From IMG/VR virus record IMGVR_UViG_2565956721_000002: a stretch of 64,000 nucleotides of DNA; one strand, written 5' to 3'. A program made the translations under genes and the position numbers. This DNA is from a virus (taxonomy: Duplodnaviria; Heunggongvirae; Uroviricota; Caudoviricetes). Positions 1 through 11,054 of the stretch are shown in pieces (positions within the stretch are counted from its first letter, which is position 1; each line of letters begins with the position of its first letter). The notes below the pieces were generated by a model. That model was not told the origin of the DNA and made no database searches. It saw nothing but the letters and a program-made list of their open reading frames with translations.

Positions 1-760
1 TATACTTCCCGTTAGCCAGGTCATATGCAGCCTTGACAGCTTTCGGTGTGGCGGCCAGCACTTCAGACGTGCTGTTAGTGGCACTACTGAGCTGAACTAA
101 TCCCTTTTGCGTTGTGCTTGCATCCTGCGCCGTATACTTGCTTTTCGCCAGATCGTAGGCTTTTTTAACTGCCAGCGAACTCGCAGCAACATCACTTCTG
201 GTACTGGTTACAGAGTCTGAAATATCAATGCCGATCGTGCGGTTGATACGCTCGGATGTATCAATCATCTCTTGAGTAATGGTAGATACGCCAGCAGGGA
301 TATTCACCGTACAAACCAGCAGTTCCCCATCACCTAACTGATATGAATCGGTATAGGTTCTGGCAACAAATTCAGCTGCATGAATATGTGACGCGGTATT
401 CACCTGATAGGTATCTTCTCCAAGAAGGTATCTTCCCTTCAGCACAATTGCATATTTCTTGCCTGCGTTAAGTGCAAGAGAGATATCCTTACGATGCTGA
501 ATAGTTACCTGGTAGAATTCACCAATATCCACTGACGCCGCGCCAGCGGTTTTATCTCCATCCACTGAGGTGATTAACAGGTTCATTCCACCGCCAGGCT
601 TAGGCAAGAAACCAGCATAAAATCCCGGGTCAACAATTCCCCTGAATTTTCGGTTTAGAGCGGCTGACAGATATGGTTCGTGGTATTGCACATCAGCCAC
701 CAGAGCCAACGACTCGGGTGATGGGTAAGTAACCGATGTAACAACTGTAACGTCATTCAT
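1..760 (-). CDS. tail fibre protein, N-terminal constant part; 3' end of gene lies beyond window start
   Basis: Own translation from ATG at 760-758 (MNDVTVVTSV...) stays open to position 1; contains the tail-fibre hallmark ...QLSSATNSTSEVLAATPKAVKAAYDLANGKY. Confidence 0.6.
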   Translation of the reverse strand, partial: MNDVTVVTSVTYPSPESLALVADVQYHEPYLSAALNRKFRGIVDPGFYAGFLPKPGGGMNLLITSVDGDKTAGAASVDIGEFYQVTIQHRKDISLALNAGKKYAIVLKGRYLLGEDTYQVNTASHIHAAEFVARTYTDSYQLGDGELLVCTVNIPAGVSTITQEMIDTSERINRTIGIDISDSVTSTRSDVAASSLAVKKAYDLAKSKYTAQDASTTQKGLVQLSSATNSTSEVLAATPKAVKAAYDLANGKY

Positions 761-771
761 CAAGCATATCC

Positions 772-1206
772 TTATGCTGTAGTCGAGTTTATGGCCATAA
801 CTGCGGTATATGTTTTGCCCACATACAGCGAGTCTTCCTGGACACAAATAATGGCGATTGGCTTATTCTCGTTATCCAGAACAACCAGAGTGTTGAATGG
901 GTAGTTTTTCCCTTCCTGCAACTGACTTTGATCAAGGTCCATTCGGACAGTAATTATCCCGCCTGAGTAGGTTGGGACGAGGTTGATGGTGCAAAATTGA
1001 CTGGTCAGTTCTGCCAGATCGAAAGCCTTTGGCAGTTCTCCAATCTCATAAGTGCCATCTCCTTTCTTAGTAACCAGTGAACTGGTACCGAAAACGGCCT
1101 TGCTGATTAAAAATCGAGAGCCTTTGTTAATGGACGATTCAGCGCGCCGCTGATAGTAATAGTCCAACAACTGACTCTTATAGAGGTTTGTTGAGACGTC
1201 AGACAT
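772..1206 (-). CDS. tail-fibre-associated structural protein (144 aa)
   Basis: ORF immediately upstream of tail fibre gene on same strand; position only. Confidence 0.35.
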   Translation of the reverse strand: MSDVSTNLYKSQLLDYYYQRRAESSINKGSRFLISKAVFGTSSLVTKKGDGTYEIGELPKAFDLAELTSQFCTINLVPTYSGGIITVRMDLDQSQLQEGKNYPFNTLVVLDNENKPIAIICVQEDSLYVGKTYTAVMAINSTTA

Positions 1207-1284
1207 GATTTTCCCTAATCAATGTTGTGAAGCCTCATTGTAAGATAAGTAACTTGTCACCCCGCCCTGCGGACGGGGTGATTG

Positions 1285-2124
1285 TCACGCATCGCTATCC
1301 AACAGCAAATCATCTGCGCGGGTGCGATCAAACGTAGGCGTTGCTTTCACAATAGTGCCGCCCGGCGTTGCAGTGATCGGGGCGTTAATCGACGTAACTT
1401 CAGTAAGCGAAGTTGTATCCGAAGTTTCAAACCAGCAGAATGCTTTTTCGGTATCAGAAATCTCATTCAAAGTGATCATGTCGGCCTGTTCATTTACAAC
1501 AACCGACAAATAGAGCGTAAGCCCATCAAACACTATATGCAGTGGCAGTAGAGGCTTTACGAACTGATTAAACTTTCTGAGAATTTCTTCTGTAATTGCG
1601 GACTGATCTATCGTTCCAGTAATACCCATTGTCCGGGCCAAGTCGTTTATGGGAATACTGATCATTCCTCTGGAAGTCAGAAACATCTCGCCGAATGTGC
1701 CGCCGGTGGTTTCCAGTGTGCTTTCTGGAATCAGGACCGTGCCATAGGGATGACGTTCAAAGTCCACCGGAGCATATATGGGATCCCATAAAACCGATAT
1801 ACCGTTAAATTCGCGATAAATTGTCTGGTTTATAGGGCGTTCAGTACCCTTAAAATGGATCTCATCAAACCGCTGTTGTAACAACATCGGAACGGAAGAT
1901 GAATTCGACGTTCTGATAGTAAAAAACTGGCCAAGTTCATTTGTCCTAGTCTCCAGATCCTCCTTGCTCATGGAGAAAATAGACTTCCGGTTGGTAATTC
2001 GCTCCAACCATGGGTCAACAAAGGTGTCCATCATTGACTGAACCAAATCAGCCAATGATTTATAAAGTAATGACTTTTGCTTAGCTGATGTAAGCCGGTT
2101 ATTAAACCAGGAACGCTGCATCAC
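1285..2124 (-). CDS. baseplate protein (279 aa)
   Basis: Overlaps stop of upstream 477-aa ORF (translationally coupled) inside baseplate block. Confidence 0.35.
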   Translation of the reverse strand: MMQRSWFNNRLTSAKQKSLLYKSLADLVQSMMDTFVDPWLERITNRKSIFSMSKEDLETRTNELGQFFTIRTSNSSSVPMLLQQRFDEIHFKGTERPINQTIYREFNGISVLWDPIYAPVDFERHPYGTVLIPESTLETTGGTFGEMFLTSRGMISIPINDLARTMGITGTIDQSAITEEILRKFNQFVKPLLPLHIVFDGLTLYLSVVVNEQADMITLNEISDTEKAFCWFETSDTTSLTEVTSINAPITATPGGTIVKATPTFDRTRADDLLLDSDA

Positions 2125-3554
2125 TCCTCCTCATACGAAATATTAAAGGTGGAGTTTTCTGTATCCAGATAAACGAAATCGTAAAAGCCGTTGGACTCAT
2201 TCCACTCGACAAATTCCAGATAAAAGTCGCGGAAATAACCCAGCGTTTCTATAAAAGCCCAAACGTCTTTTTTCTTAATCAAGATGTACTTTCCGACGCG
2301 GTTCGGATCAAAGAAAGTTGAGTCGCGCCCAAATTTTGTTTCCAGTGCCGACTTCAGCTCATCGGTCACATTCTCAATGGTCAGGCTTGCCGATATCCGT
2401 CCGGTGATGGTTATCTTAAATGGTAGTTTTCTGACCTCTTTATAAGAGAATTTCTTGTTCAGTTCATTCGGTACCTTCTTAAAGGCAGTCAGGATCATTT
2501 CTTCAAGCTCTGACTGGCTTTTATTTGGATGCCATCCTGAAATAAATATCTTATTGATATTCTGAACATTATAAGCACCATCTAATTTCTCTTGCTGGCC
2601 TTCGCCCCATGCCTTTACCCAGGACAGCCCCGGGATGTTACGAACCAGAAAATACGTATAGTCCCCGCCCCATACGACCTGATCATCATAGGCAAGGTAA
2701 TATTGTGCACGGTTACGTGTGATCTCCGTTGTTTCAGCATCGGTACCTGCGGTTATAGGTGTCGTTGTCTTAACTGAAATCAAATTAGCTAAATTAGCCG
2801 CAGAATTGACAGGCGTCAGGTTTTGGCCAGCAACCAGGGTTATATCGCCGTTGGTGCACCATACCTTAAGCGTAATTGTCGAGCCTTCTGGCGGTATTTG
2901 CCCAATTAGCCCATCGCCGAATCGAACACCCAACTGTTCGGATGGTTTATAAAACTCAACGTAGACCTGGCTTTTACTACCGGCTAACCGGAACATAGTG
3001 CTGGAAGACCACTGCGTGGTCTTACCATCGGTCGTCACGAATACTTCCAGCTTATAGCAGACAGCAGTGAGAGCCTTTGATAACACGACTTCCAGAAATT
3101 CTTTGGCTGCCGTAACGGTATATGTCACCTCCTGGATTTCCAACTGTGCCACTTCTACCGTACCGGTGCCGTCAACCAACCTGCATACATCCATAGTCAT
3201 GTAAGGATACTGGTCGTCAGATATTAAAGGCATGTTTTTGGGGATTACCGCTGGGGCATCTTCACTTGTGGCGGTGATCTCAATCATCCCCGATGACGGT
3301 GTTGGCTTGGTACCAACGTAACTATTCGTTTCTGCCGCTGCCAGGATAGAGGAACGCCGCGTCGCGGTCGATATAAAGCCTTCAGCCAGCGCCGCATCGG
3401 CATACTGAAAGCACCTGTAGACAATCTGGGTAATAAACAATGTCAGCATCGAGACAAATTGAGAGCCGACAAACTTCGACCAGAATGAATCTTTCTCGAC
3501 AAGCTCTTCAAACTCTGCACGAATACTGTCTTTAGTCGGTGTTGTTTTACTCAT
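2121..3554 (-). CDS. baseplate protein, gpJ-like (477 aa)
   Basis: Size and position between gpW-like gene and tail fibre genes; 4-nt overlaps with neighbours. Confidence 0.4.
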   Translation of the reverse strand: MSKTTPTKDSIRAEFEELVEKDSFWSKFVGSQFVSMLTLFITQIVYRCFQYADAALAEGFISTATRRSSILAAAETNSYVGTKPTPSSGMIEITATSEDAPAVIPKNMPLISDDQYPYMTMDVCRLVDGTGTVEVAQLEIQEVTYTVTAAKEFLEVVLSKALTAVCYKLEVFVTTDGKTTQWSSSTMFRLAGSKSQVYVEFYKPSEQLGVRFGDGLIGQIPPEGSTITLKVWCTNGDITLVAGQNLTPVNSAANLANLISVKTTTPITAGTDAETTEITRNRAQYYLAYDDQVVWGGDYTYFLVRNIPGLSWVKAWGEGQQEKLDGAYNVQNINKIFISGWHPNKSQSELEEMILTAFKKVPNELNKKFSYKEVRKLPFKITITGRISASLTIENVTDELKSALETKFGRDSTFFDPNRVGKYILIKKKDVWAFIETLGYFRDFYLEFVEWNESNGFYDFVYLDTENSTFNISYEEE

Positions 3555-3910
3555 AGCACCACGTCCTGTGTGATAGTTATATCCCTGATACGAATGGATA
3601 TTTTCAACTTATCAAAAGCATCTCCCTCGGCTACTGACAAGCCAGAAATCGGTATGTCAGGTAAATCTACCGTCAGTTTTTGCAACAGCATTGCCTCAAC
3701 CGCAATTTGAACATGCGACAAGTTGGTCGGTTCGTGTTTAAACTGCGGTAAAACATTGCCCCATGACGGATCTCCGTATACCTCACCCTGATAAGTGTTT
3801 AGCCACTCATATAAACGAGCGCCCCAGGCCTCCTCCTGGGACTCATACGTTTTTACGCCGGATAACTCCAGCGTCAGCAAAGGATCAATTTCGTTATTGT
3901 TGGCCATCAA
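3551..3910 (-). CDS. baseplate wedge protein, gpW/gp25-like (119 aa)
   Basis: Small ORF directly after tape-measure gene with overlapping stop/start. Confidence 0.4.
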   Translation of the reverse strand: MMANNNEIDPLLTLELSGVKTYESQEEAWGARLYEWLNTYQGEVYGDPSWGNVLPQFKHEPTNLSHVQIAVEAMLLQKLTVDLPDIPISGLSVAEGDAFDKLKISIRIRDITITQDVVL

Positions 3911-6900
3911 TCAACTCTCGCGTAGTCATTCATCAACGGATCATCAATTGACAGTGGTACCGTGCGCATAACGCCCGGCTGAGGCGTGCTGACCTTTACG
4001 ACAGTTCCCTGGCCTTTCGCCGAGTCTTTGGTGTGCTCTTCAATCCTGGCAAGCAATGAGGTCATCTGCGCAAACAGCCGCTTCGTTTCACCATCAAGTG
4101 AAACGGTATTATCAGCCAACTGCATTGTCGGCTTGGCACCGGAGCCGCCAAGGTCACTAATAACCTGTCCGTCTATCTGCATACGACCGGTTGGTTGCTG
4201 CAAATCGTTGGCGGCAGTCGTCACCTGGAACGTGGATGCTGGTTGAGGAGAATTATTTGAGCGCATTCCCCGGGCATTAATGAGTTTGTCATACAGTCCA
4301 TCAATCCCCATTTGTGCGCCGAGCTGGTCAAAGTAACTTGAGTTGCTGGCCACTGGACGCGCCTCTTCAACTGGCGTCGGAGTATCAACATACACATTGC
4401 CAGCTGCTGTTGCGGTCCCATTTCCTCGTGCACGTTCTTCGAGGGTTCCCTGGACGACTTCTCGACGCATCCCCCGACCATTCATGAATTTGTTGACCAG
4501 ATCGTTAACGCCAACAGCATTACCGATTTTGTCTACCAGACCGCCCTTCTCAAACGGGCTATCACCAGGGGTAAACGCCAGGCCAGTAGACTGATCGATA
4601 ACGGCGTTATCAGGCAGTGGTCCCCTCACTCCATATTGCGCCCCCCCCTGTGCTCCTGCCCCTGGTGTATAGATTTCACCACCTAAATAGCGAGCACGAT
4701 GAGTATTGACCTTGATCGCGTACTCACGGTTTTCTTTCGATAAGTCACCTGTGCCTTTTTTCCACCTATTAATAGTGCCAAACCCAGCGTTATATGCAGT
4801 GATGGCCTCGTTTAAGTCTCCATTGGCTTGCTTCAGATACTTGCTCATGAGAAGAGCCGCAGCTTCTGCCGATTTCACAGGATCAAATGCATCCGGTTCC
4901 GATATCCCTGTCTCTTTACGAGCAATACTCGTGAACTGGAACATCCCGAGTGCGCCACCACTTAACTTTCCATCTGGTGATCTTGTAAGCGGAGACTTTG
5001 CGTTAGGATCCCCTCCTGATTCAGTTGCAGCAATCGCGTAAAGAGTGCCTTCAGGAAGACCATATTTATTCTCTAGTTCAGCAAAATACGGAGCTAACTT
5101 ATCGAGATTTGCCTTACCTTCAGCGCCAAGGCTTCCGACTTTTACATCTAAGTTGCCATTATTGTAGGTATCAGCAGCTTTCTGAATGTCATTCCCAGTG
5201 CCGGTGGTATTACGCGACGATGATGACGAGCTATTTTGTCCAATAGCTGAATCAATTTTCCGCACCGCGCTATTGCCCATTTCTACGGCATTTGCATTGA
5301 TAATCTGATTGGCAGTTTCTTTAACTGTTTTATTGCTATCTTTCGCCGTGTCCAGTGCCGCATTTATCACGCGGGTAGCAATATTAGTCTGTTTAGCATC
5401 GGATTCAGTTTTAGAATCAGATGTCTCCTGGTGGCTATTAACCGGAGCTTTTAACTCTGGAGTGATTTCTTTTGCATTAGCCTCGCCGATCGGATTGGGT
5501 ATTTTTGATACAATCATTGCCGCAGGGGTATTTTTAACGGCATCAACCGCTGCATCTAATGCTTTACCGGGTAAATTTTTAACCCCATCCCAAATATTAC
5601 CAGCCGCCTCTTTAATGTGTTTCCCTGGGTTCTTAATGAAGTCAATTGCACTATCAATTGCATCACTGAAAACCTGTTTCAGGTTATCGACAGTAAAGAA
5701 GTCTTTGATGGCATCCAGCTTTTCAAGCAACTTATTAGATGTATCGCTAAACCATGCTGAAACAGCATCACCAATCTTTGCTGTGTAATCATCGAACTTG
5801 GTAGAAATGGTGTCGCCAAGGTTAGAAATATATGTTTCTAAGTTGGTAACCCCGCTATCAATGGCCTGGGCAATACTTTCCGTCGAAAATGATTGCAACA
5901 TATTGCCGATATCCTCAAATCCAAGTGATTTGAGAACATCACCAATAGCACTGCTAATACCAGATACCAGTCCCCCCAAATCAAGAACATTGGCTAACGT
6001 ATAAGCGGCTTTTTGCTGGAATGATGGATCTTGTCCTGATTTAAGCCCAAACGCTCGACGTTGCGCTTCTGTATCATTCCAACCGGTTACCGCATCATAA
6101 ATACCTCCAGCCACTGTGCCGACTAGGGGAATTGCGCGTAACGCCCCTTTACCAACTGCCTTTAATCCAAGTTTACCTGCTGCCCGGGCAGCCAAATCTC
6201 CGCCTTCATGGGCGAGAGTCTTCTTGCCCCCACCGCGTAGCATTCCTACGAGTCTCTTTGCCCCCAGAGCGCCAAAAGCGAGTGCTCCAGCTTTTTTCAG
6301 CATGCCACGCCCCATTAACAACGACGCGACGCCACCGGCCCCCTTCCCTAACAGGCTAAATAGTTTGGACAGCAAGCCGCCCTTCTTTTTCCCGGTGTTT
6401 TTGGCTATCTGATCAAGGGCGCTGAGAATCTTGTCATTGCCCTCTTTAATTTCGCTGGTCTGCTCCTGAAGTTCCTGAACCGTCCGTTTTTGGGTGTTAA
6501 CCTGAACGACATCGGCACTATTTTGCGATTTACGCCTAAAAAAACCTTTTCTACGGCTGTTATCGTCATTGCCACGAATCACATCGGCAATAGACTTTCT
6601 GGCACCATTAAGCGATCCACCAACTTCTTTTGATATCCCGCCAAGCTCCTTCCCTGCTGCCCACAATGGACCAGCAACGGCATAACCTAACGCATCGACG
6701 GCACGAGTCTCTGAAGGGTTACCTATGCCTTCAGCTACTTTTGACAGTTTTTTTAATAAACCTGATTCAGCATTTAGACGCTCATCATCCTCTTTGCGCC
6801 TGGCCTTTTCAGCACGTTCAGCACGGGCATCTTCCGCTGCGGCCTTACTCCCTGACTTTCCAATAAAACGACCACGCGCATCGCGTTGGTTTTGGCTTTT

Positions 6901-7626
6901 TTGCGCACCGCCTTTTTGATCGAACATTTCGCGAGCGTGTTCGGCTGCTTCGGTCCGTTGTGCCTTTATATCCTCTGATATAGCCTTCCTGCGTCTTTTT
7001 TTACCCTTTGGTGTAGTTGATTTGGCCTGCTGTTCCTCTTGAGCAATGCCCTCCTGAACTACACGAGAAACGTCCCCTAAATTAAGCCGTTTCATTGCGT
7101 CAACAATAGGGTCTACTGATGGCGCATTGGCCACAAAGTCTGGCCGGGAATTTTCGATTGTTCGATTTAATGCCGACACACTGCGAGATACTGGGTCAAC
7201 CGTTGCAACGCGTTCCCCTTTCAAATCACGAGCGAGTTTGACCGTTTCTAACCGCTGTGCTTTAACATCCTCTGTTATTGCCTCTCTTCGTCTATTTGGG
7301 GGATTGTGCGCTGTTGGTGCAGCCTGCTGTTCACGGTTAGTGACTTTGTCCTCCCGTATACGAGAAACGTCCCCTAAATTAAGCCGTTTCATTGCGTCAA
7401 CAATAGAGTCCACTGATGGCACATTGGTCACAAAGTCAGGACGTGAATTTTCGATTGTGCGATTTAATGCCGACACACTGCGAGAGACAGGATCAACAGT
7501 TGCAACTCGTTCCCCTTTCAAATCTTCAACAGCTTCCCGAATACCTGCAAGCTCTTCCAGCTCTTTCGCGCTGGCGGTTTCAACTGTCCTTATAACATCG
7601 TCAATATTGGCGTTTTTTCTTTCCAT
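3907..7626 (-). CDS. sit: tape-measure / structural injection transglycosylase (1239 aa)
   Basis: Soluble lytic transglycosylase motif (AIAATESGGDPNAKS...GALGMFQF...AYNAG); Gly/Ala/Lys-rich low-complexity segments; large size typical of tape-measure. Confidence 0.85.
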   Translation of the reverse strand: MERKNANIDDVIRTVETASAKELEELAGIREAVEDLKGERVATVDPVSRSVSALNRTIENSRPDFVTNVPSVDSIVDAMKRLNLGDVSRIREDKVTNREQQAAPTAHNPPNRRREAITEDVKAQRLETVKLARDLKGERVATVDPVSRSVSALNRTIENSRPDFVANAPSVDPIVDAMKRLNLGDVSRVVQEGIAQEEQQAKSTTPKGKKRRRKAISEDIKAQRTEAAEHAREMFDQKGGAQKSQNQRDARGRFIGKSGSKAAAEDARAERAEKARRKEDDERLNAESGLLKKLSKVAEGIGNPSETRAVDALGYAVAGPLWAAGKELGGISKEVGGSLNGARKSIADVIRGNDDNSRRKGFFRRKSQNSADVVQVNTQKRTVQELQEQTSEIKEGNDKILSALDQIAKNTGKKKGGLLSKLFSLLGKGAGGVASLLMGRGMLKKAGALAFGALGAKRLVGMLRGGGKKTLAHEGGDLAARAAGKLGLKAVGKGALRAIPLVGTVAGGIYDAVTGWNDTEAQRRAFGLKSGQDPSFQQKAAYTLANVLDLGGLVSGISSAIGDVLKSLGFEDIGNMLQSFSTESIAQAIDSGVTNLETYISNLGDTISTKFDDYTAKIGDAVSAWFSDTSNKLLEKLDAIKDFFTVDNLKQVFSDAIDSAIDFIKNPGKHIKEAAGNIWDGVKNLPGKALDAAVDAVKNTPAAMIVSKIPNPIGEANAKEITPELKAPVNSHQETSDSKTESDAKQTNIATRVINAALDTAKDSNKTVKETANQIINANAVEMGNSAVRKIDSAIGQNSSSSSSRNTTGTGNDIQKAADTYNNGNLDVKVGSLGAEGKANLDKLAPYFAELENKYGLPEGTLYAIAATESGGDPNAKSPLTRSPDGKLSGGALGMFQFTSIARKETGISEPDAFDPVKSAEAAALLMSKYLKQANGDLNEAITAYNAGFGTINRWKKGTGDLSKENREYAIKVNTHRARYLGGEIYTPGAGAQGGAQYGVRGPLPDNAVIDQSTGLAFTPGDSPFEKGGLVDKIGNAVGVNDLVNKFMNGRGMRREVVQGTLEERARGNGTATAAGNVYVDTPTPVEEARPVASNSSYFDQLGAQMGIDGLYDKLINARGMRSNNSPQPASTFQVTTAANDLQQPTGRMQIDGQVISDLGGSGAKPTMQLADNTVSLDGETKRLFAQMTSLLARIEEHTKDSAKGQGTVVKVSTPQPGVMRTVPLSIDDPLMNDYARVD

Positions 7627-7654
7627 GATCTTATCGCCTACCGTTTCGGTTTAA
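7061..7654. repeat. in-frame tandem direct repeat, period 297 bp, inside sit (about 170 bp of each unit near-identical)
   Basis: acacgagaaacgtcccctaaattaagccgtttcattgcgtcaacaata... at 7061 recurs at 7358; protein shows RVATVDPVSRSVSALNRTIENSRPDF twice, 99 aa apart. Confidence 0.8.
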
Positions 7655-7707
7655 GTTTTTCTTCCAGTTTCTCCAACAGGAAAAACGCATAGGATTCAGT
7701 AAGCCTT

Positions 7708-8589
7708 TCAGCGTCCTGAATCGGTATACCCCCATACAAAACCAGGTTGGACACTAAGGTCTGATAGCTTTTCAATCCCCACCTGTGGAATGAAGTCGGT
7801 AGCCCGAAAGGGCACCCACAGACGGGTATACGCACCCTCTGTGGACTCCTTTGTATCCTGGTTTGGGCATTTGTGCGGCGGGAGACGAAGACGCATTTCG
7901 CCTTTATCGATGTAGCACGGTAAACCATGTTCGAGCTTTTCATGAGCCAGCCGGATGTGTGCCGCCAGCTTCATAAATTCAGTATCAATGGCCATCCGTT
8001 TGATCGTTTCATAACGACGCTCAGCCTGCTCTTCACGAGTACCGCTAACATCGTTATAAAGTTCACACTGATAAGCGAATTCCCAAAAACGCAAATCAAC
8101 GATCGCTTCTTTGAATTCCGCGTCGTCTTCAGGTGGCAATGCTGCTCGGCGCATCTCCAGCATTTCCATTGCCCAACCATCAAGCGGCACGATACGCCAT
8201 TGATAAGGCACGCCCTCTACAGACACCTCAATATCGTCAATGAACGGTTCCACTTCCAGGACCTGGATATCTTCAGCCAGAGCATTCATATCGCAATCGT
8301 AATAATGCTCTTTACCGCAATGTTTACAGGTGTAGGTAAATGTCTCGATCGGTGTTTCGCGGGAGCCAGTAAATATCCACCATAACGCGGTAATCCGGTC
8401 CTGTGCCGTCCATTTCAGTGGATCATGTTTCGCAGCTTCAGCCAGCAAGGCTTTTAAATACGCTGTTGTCTGCTGTTCTTGTTCCTCCGGTGTTATCGAG
8501 TTGAAACGCATCGCATCAGCAATATTTGGCTGACGGAACTGGATTAATTCAGTTGGCCGCGATGGTAGCGGGAAAAGGGGTAAAAGCAT
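7708..8589 (-). CDS. hypothetical virion-module protein (293 aa)
   Basis: ORF upstream of sit on same strand. Confidence 0.4.
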   Translation of the reverse strand: MLLPLFPLPSRPTELIQFRQPNIADAMRFNSITPEEQEQQTTAYLKALLAEAAKHDPLKWTAQDRITALWWIFTGSRETPIETFTYTCKHCGKEHYYDCDMNALAEDIQVLEVEPFIDDIEVSVEGVPYQWRIVPLDGWAMEMLEMRRAALPPEDDAEFKEAIVDLRFWEFAYQCELYNDVSGTREEQAERRYETIKRMAIDTEFMKLAAHIRLAHEKLEHGLPCYIDKGEMRLRLPPHKCPNQDTKESTEGAYTRLWVPFRATDFIPQVGIEKLSDLSVQPGFVWGYTDSGR

Positions 8590-8603
8590 CCTTGCTCCTT
8601 AAT

Positions 8604-9215
8604 TTAAAGCGAAAAACTAAAGCCCAGAAGGGAAGCTAAAGAACTTGAGGATTGGTTAAACGTGCTGTGCAACGCGAAGGTCATTGGGAATGACTTAAAT
8701 TCCGTAACCTGATCCCGCGCATAGGTGACATCGCCGGTAGTGACCGGGAATACCGTCATCTCATTTTCCAGTTTGGTTAAACCGGAGGACAGCAACCGAT
8801 AAATACGCACATTGAGCAAATATTTAGACGGTATATTCCCGGTACCGTCCGGATTGATCACCCGACTTTTTGCCGTCTTAAACCAGTCCAAAACGAGGCC
8901 ATCAACGGTATCCCTGACCATCATTGTTATCTGCCCAGGTGAACGCTCCGTTGGCTGAAGGATATTCCCTCCGCCGATTTTAATCGTTTCATATTCGATG
9001 CTGTAATCGTGGTAGGTAATGTCTTTAGCAAAGAAGTCTGCCCCCTCCAGACCATCAACTTCGACAGAGAACTGCCATCCTTGCGCGAACAGCATTTTGT
9101 TCATGATGATTGACGTCAGCTTGCCAACTTCCCGCTCACCAACGCCGGAGCCAAATAATGTCGTCGTTAATGCCGAAGATACATAAGACTTTACTGAAGC
9201 AACATTAAGCCCCAT
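8604..9215 (-). CDS. hypothetical virion-module protein (203 aa)
   Basis: ORF in same co-directional block. Confidence 0.4.
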   Translation of the reverse strand: MGLNVASVKSYVSSALTTTLFGSGVGEREVGKLTSIIMNKMLFAQGWQFSVEVDGLEGADFFAKDITYHDYSIEYETIKIGGGNILQPTERSPGQITMMVRDTVDGLVLDWFKTAKSRVINPDGTGNIPSKYLLNVRIYRLLSSGLTKLENEMTVFPVTTGDVTYARDQVTEFKSFPMTFALHSTFNQSSSSLASLLGFSFSL

Positions 9216-9225
9216 ATCAGCCCCC

Positions 9226-9816
<591 letters not shown>

Positions 9817-9945
9817 TTACCCGATTCTACGAGTTGTCATTTGTTACCGGTCAGTCTACACATTTCAGATGCTGCGTTAAAAAACCCAAGTACTTCAAGT
9901 AGCACATCGTCATCAACACCCAGCCCCAAGATACGGTGATAAAAT

Positions 9946-10980
9946 TCAAGCCTTAAGAGGCTTTGTGTATGTTCGTGTAATCCATCCAGTAATAAACTCG
10001 TCCCCTGATTTAACCTGCACGAAAAGCCATTGGCGATCTTTTTTATCTAAAACAGCCACTATAGTATTTTTGCCAATGCATTCAATCACCTCACTATTTA
10101 TAGAAGGACTGACGTGTAATCTTACGTTCTCACCAGTTATAAAACGAAAACCATTGAGATCTTCCCAACTAATTTCTTTGTTTTCTTTAATTAATTGTTG
10201 TTTTGATATTGGTTTATCCTCAAACAGAGATATAAAATATGATTCTGCCTTGTGTATTCCCAGCAAGGTTTTCTCTTTTCCGTAATCAATAAAAGCACCA
10301 AACACAACTTGAGAAAATATAACCATTAGTAACCATTGCAGTGGATAAGGAAGCTCTTTAAATGAATCAACAAACTTTGAGCTAGGTTTATTTAATCCTT
10401 TATTTTGAACATTACTTTTGGTGTGTGATGTTTCAGTAGCACCTTCAGCATAAGCCTGCGCAATAGATGAAATCCCCTGCTCTATTATTTGATGTAATGA
10501 AGCATTTCTTGTTCTAGCATAGTGATCTAGTACTTTCTTTATGTCTTGGCTTACATCTATTTTATAACTTGCACTTTGTTGTAATTCTTTAAGTATCGCT
10601 TGCATGTTATTTAAACCAGCTTGCTTATTAAGCACCTCAAGCTGTTTTCGTAATGGCATAGCTATTTCGGCCTGTTTCCTTAGCATTTGAATATATCTAT
10701 TTGCATCATGAGGGAAAAGAGCCTGAGTCTGTTTCTGTAAAATCGCGATATGTTCACGATACTTGCTGCCTATTCCAGCCAAGTTCGGTATACTAGCCAA
10801 TTGTTTTCGAAGAGAGTTACTAATTACAGCTTGTCTATTCAATCTTGGCATATTTTGAAAAGAATGTTTTTCTATTCCTAATTGTTTTTGCAAGATCGCT
10901 ACGTGATCTTTGTATGATGGAATGAGCACTGACTGTTTATACAGCAACTTCAACTCATTAGAATTAGTAATTTTTGTCAT
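9946..10980 (-). CDS. membrane-anchored protein with N-terminal internal repeats and C-terminal SH3b-like domain (344 aa)
   Basis: Repeated KYR(D/E)H(V/I)AILQKQ segments, one hydrophobic helix (LQWLLMVIFSQVVFGAFI), C-terminal SH3b-like stretch; AT-rich DNA. Confidence 0.45.
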   Translation of the reverse strand: MTKITNSNELKLLYKQSVLIPSYKDHVAILQKQLGIEKHSFQNMPRLNRQAVISNSLRKQLASIPNLAGIGSKYREHIAILQKQTQALFPHDANRYIQMLRKQAEIAMPLRKQLEVLNKQAGLNNMQAILKELQQSASYKIDVSQDIKKVLDHYARTRNASLHQIIEQGISSIAQAYAEGATETSHTKSNVQNKGLNKPSSKFVDSFKELPYPLQWLLMVIFSQVVFGAFIDYGKEKTLLGIHKAESYFISLFEDKPISKQQLIKENKEISWEDLNGFRFITGENVRLHVSPSINSEVIECIGKNTIVAVLDKKDRQWLFVQVKSGDEFITGWITRTYTKPLKA

Positions 10981-11054
10981 ATTATTCCATTTCTATAATA
11001 GAATATTACGCAACCAATGTTTTATTGATTGCGTTAATCTTTAACACAGAAAGA

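Noticed and set aside
3986-7654. Numerous + strand ORFs (e.g. 4706..5041, 5309..5788, 6116..6412, 7127..7654) inside the sit gene
   Set aside because: Antisense shadow ORFs within a long minus-strand gene of biased composition; no RBS or independent support.
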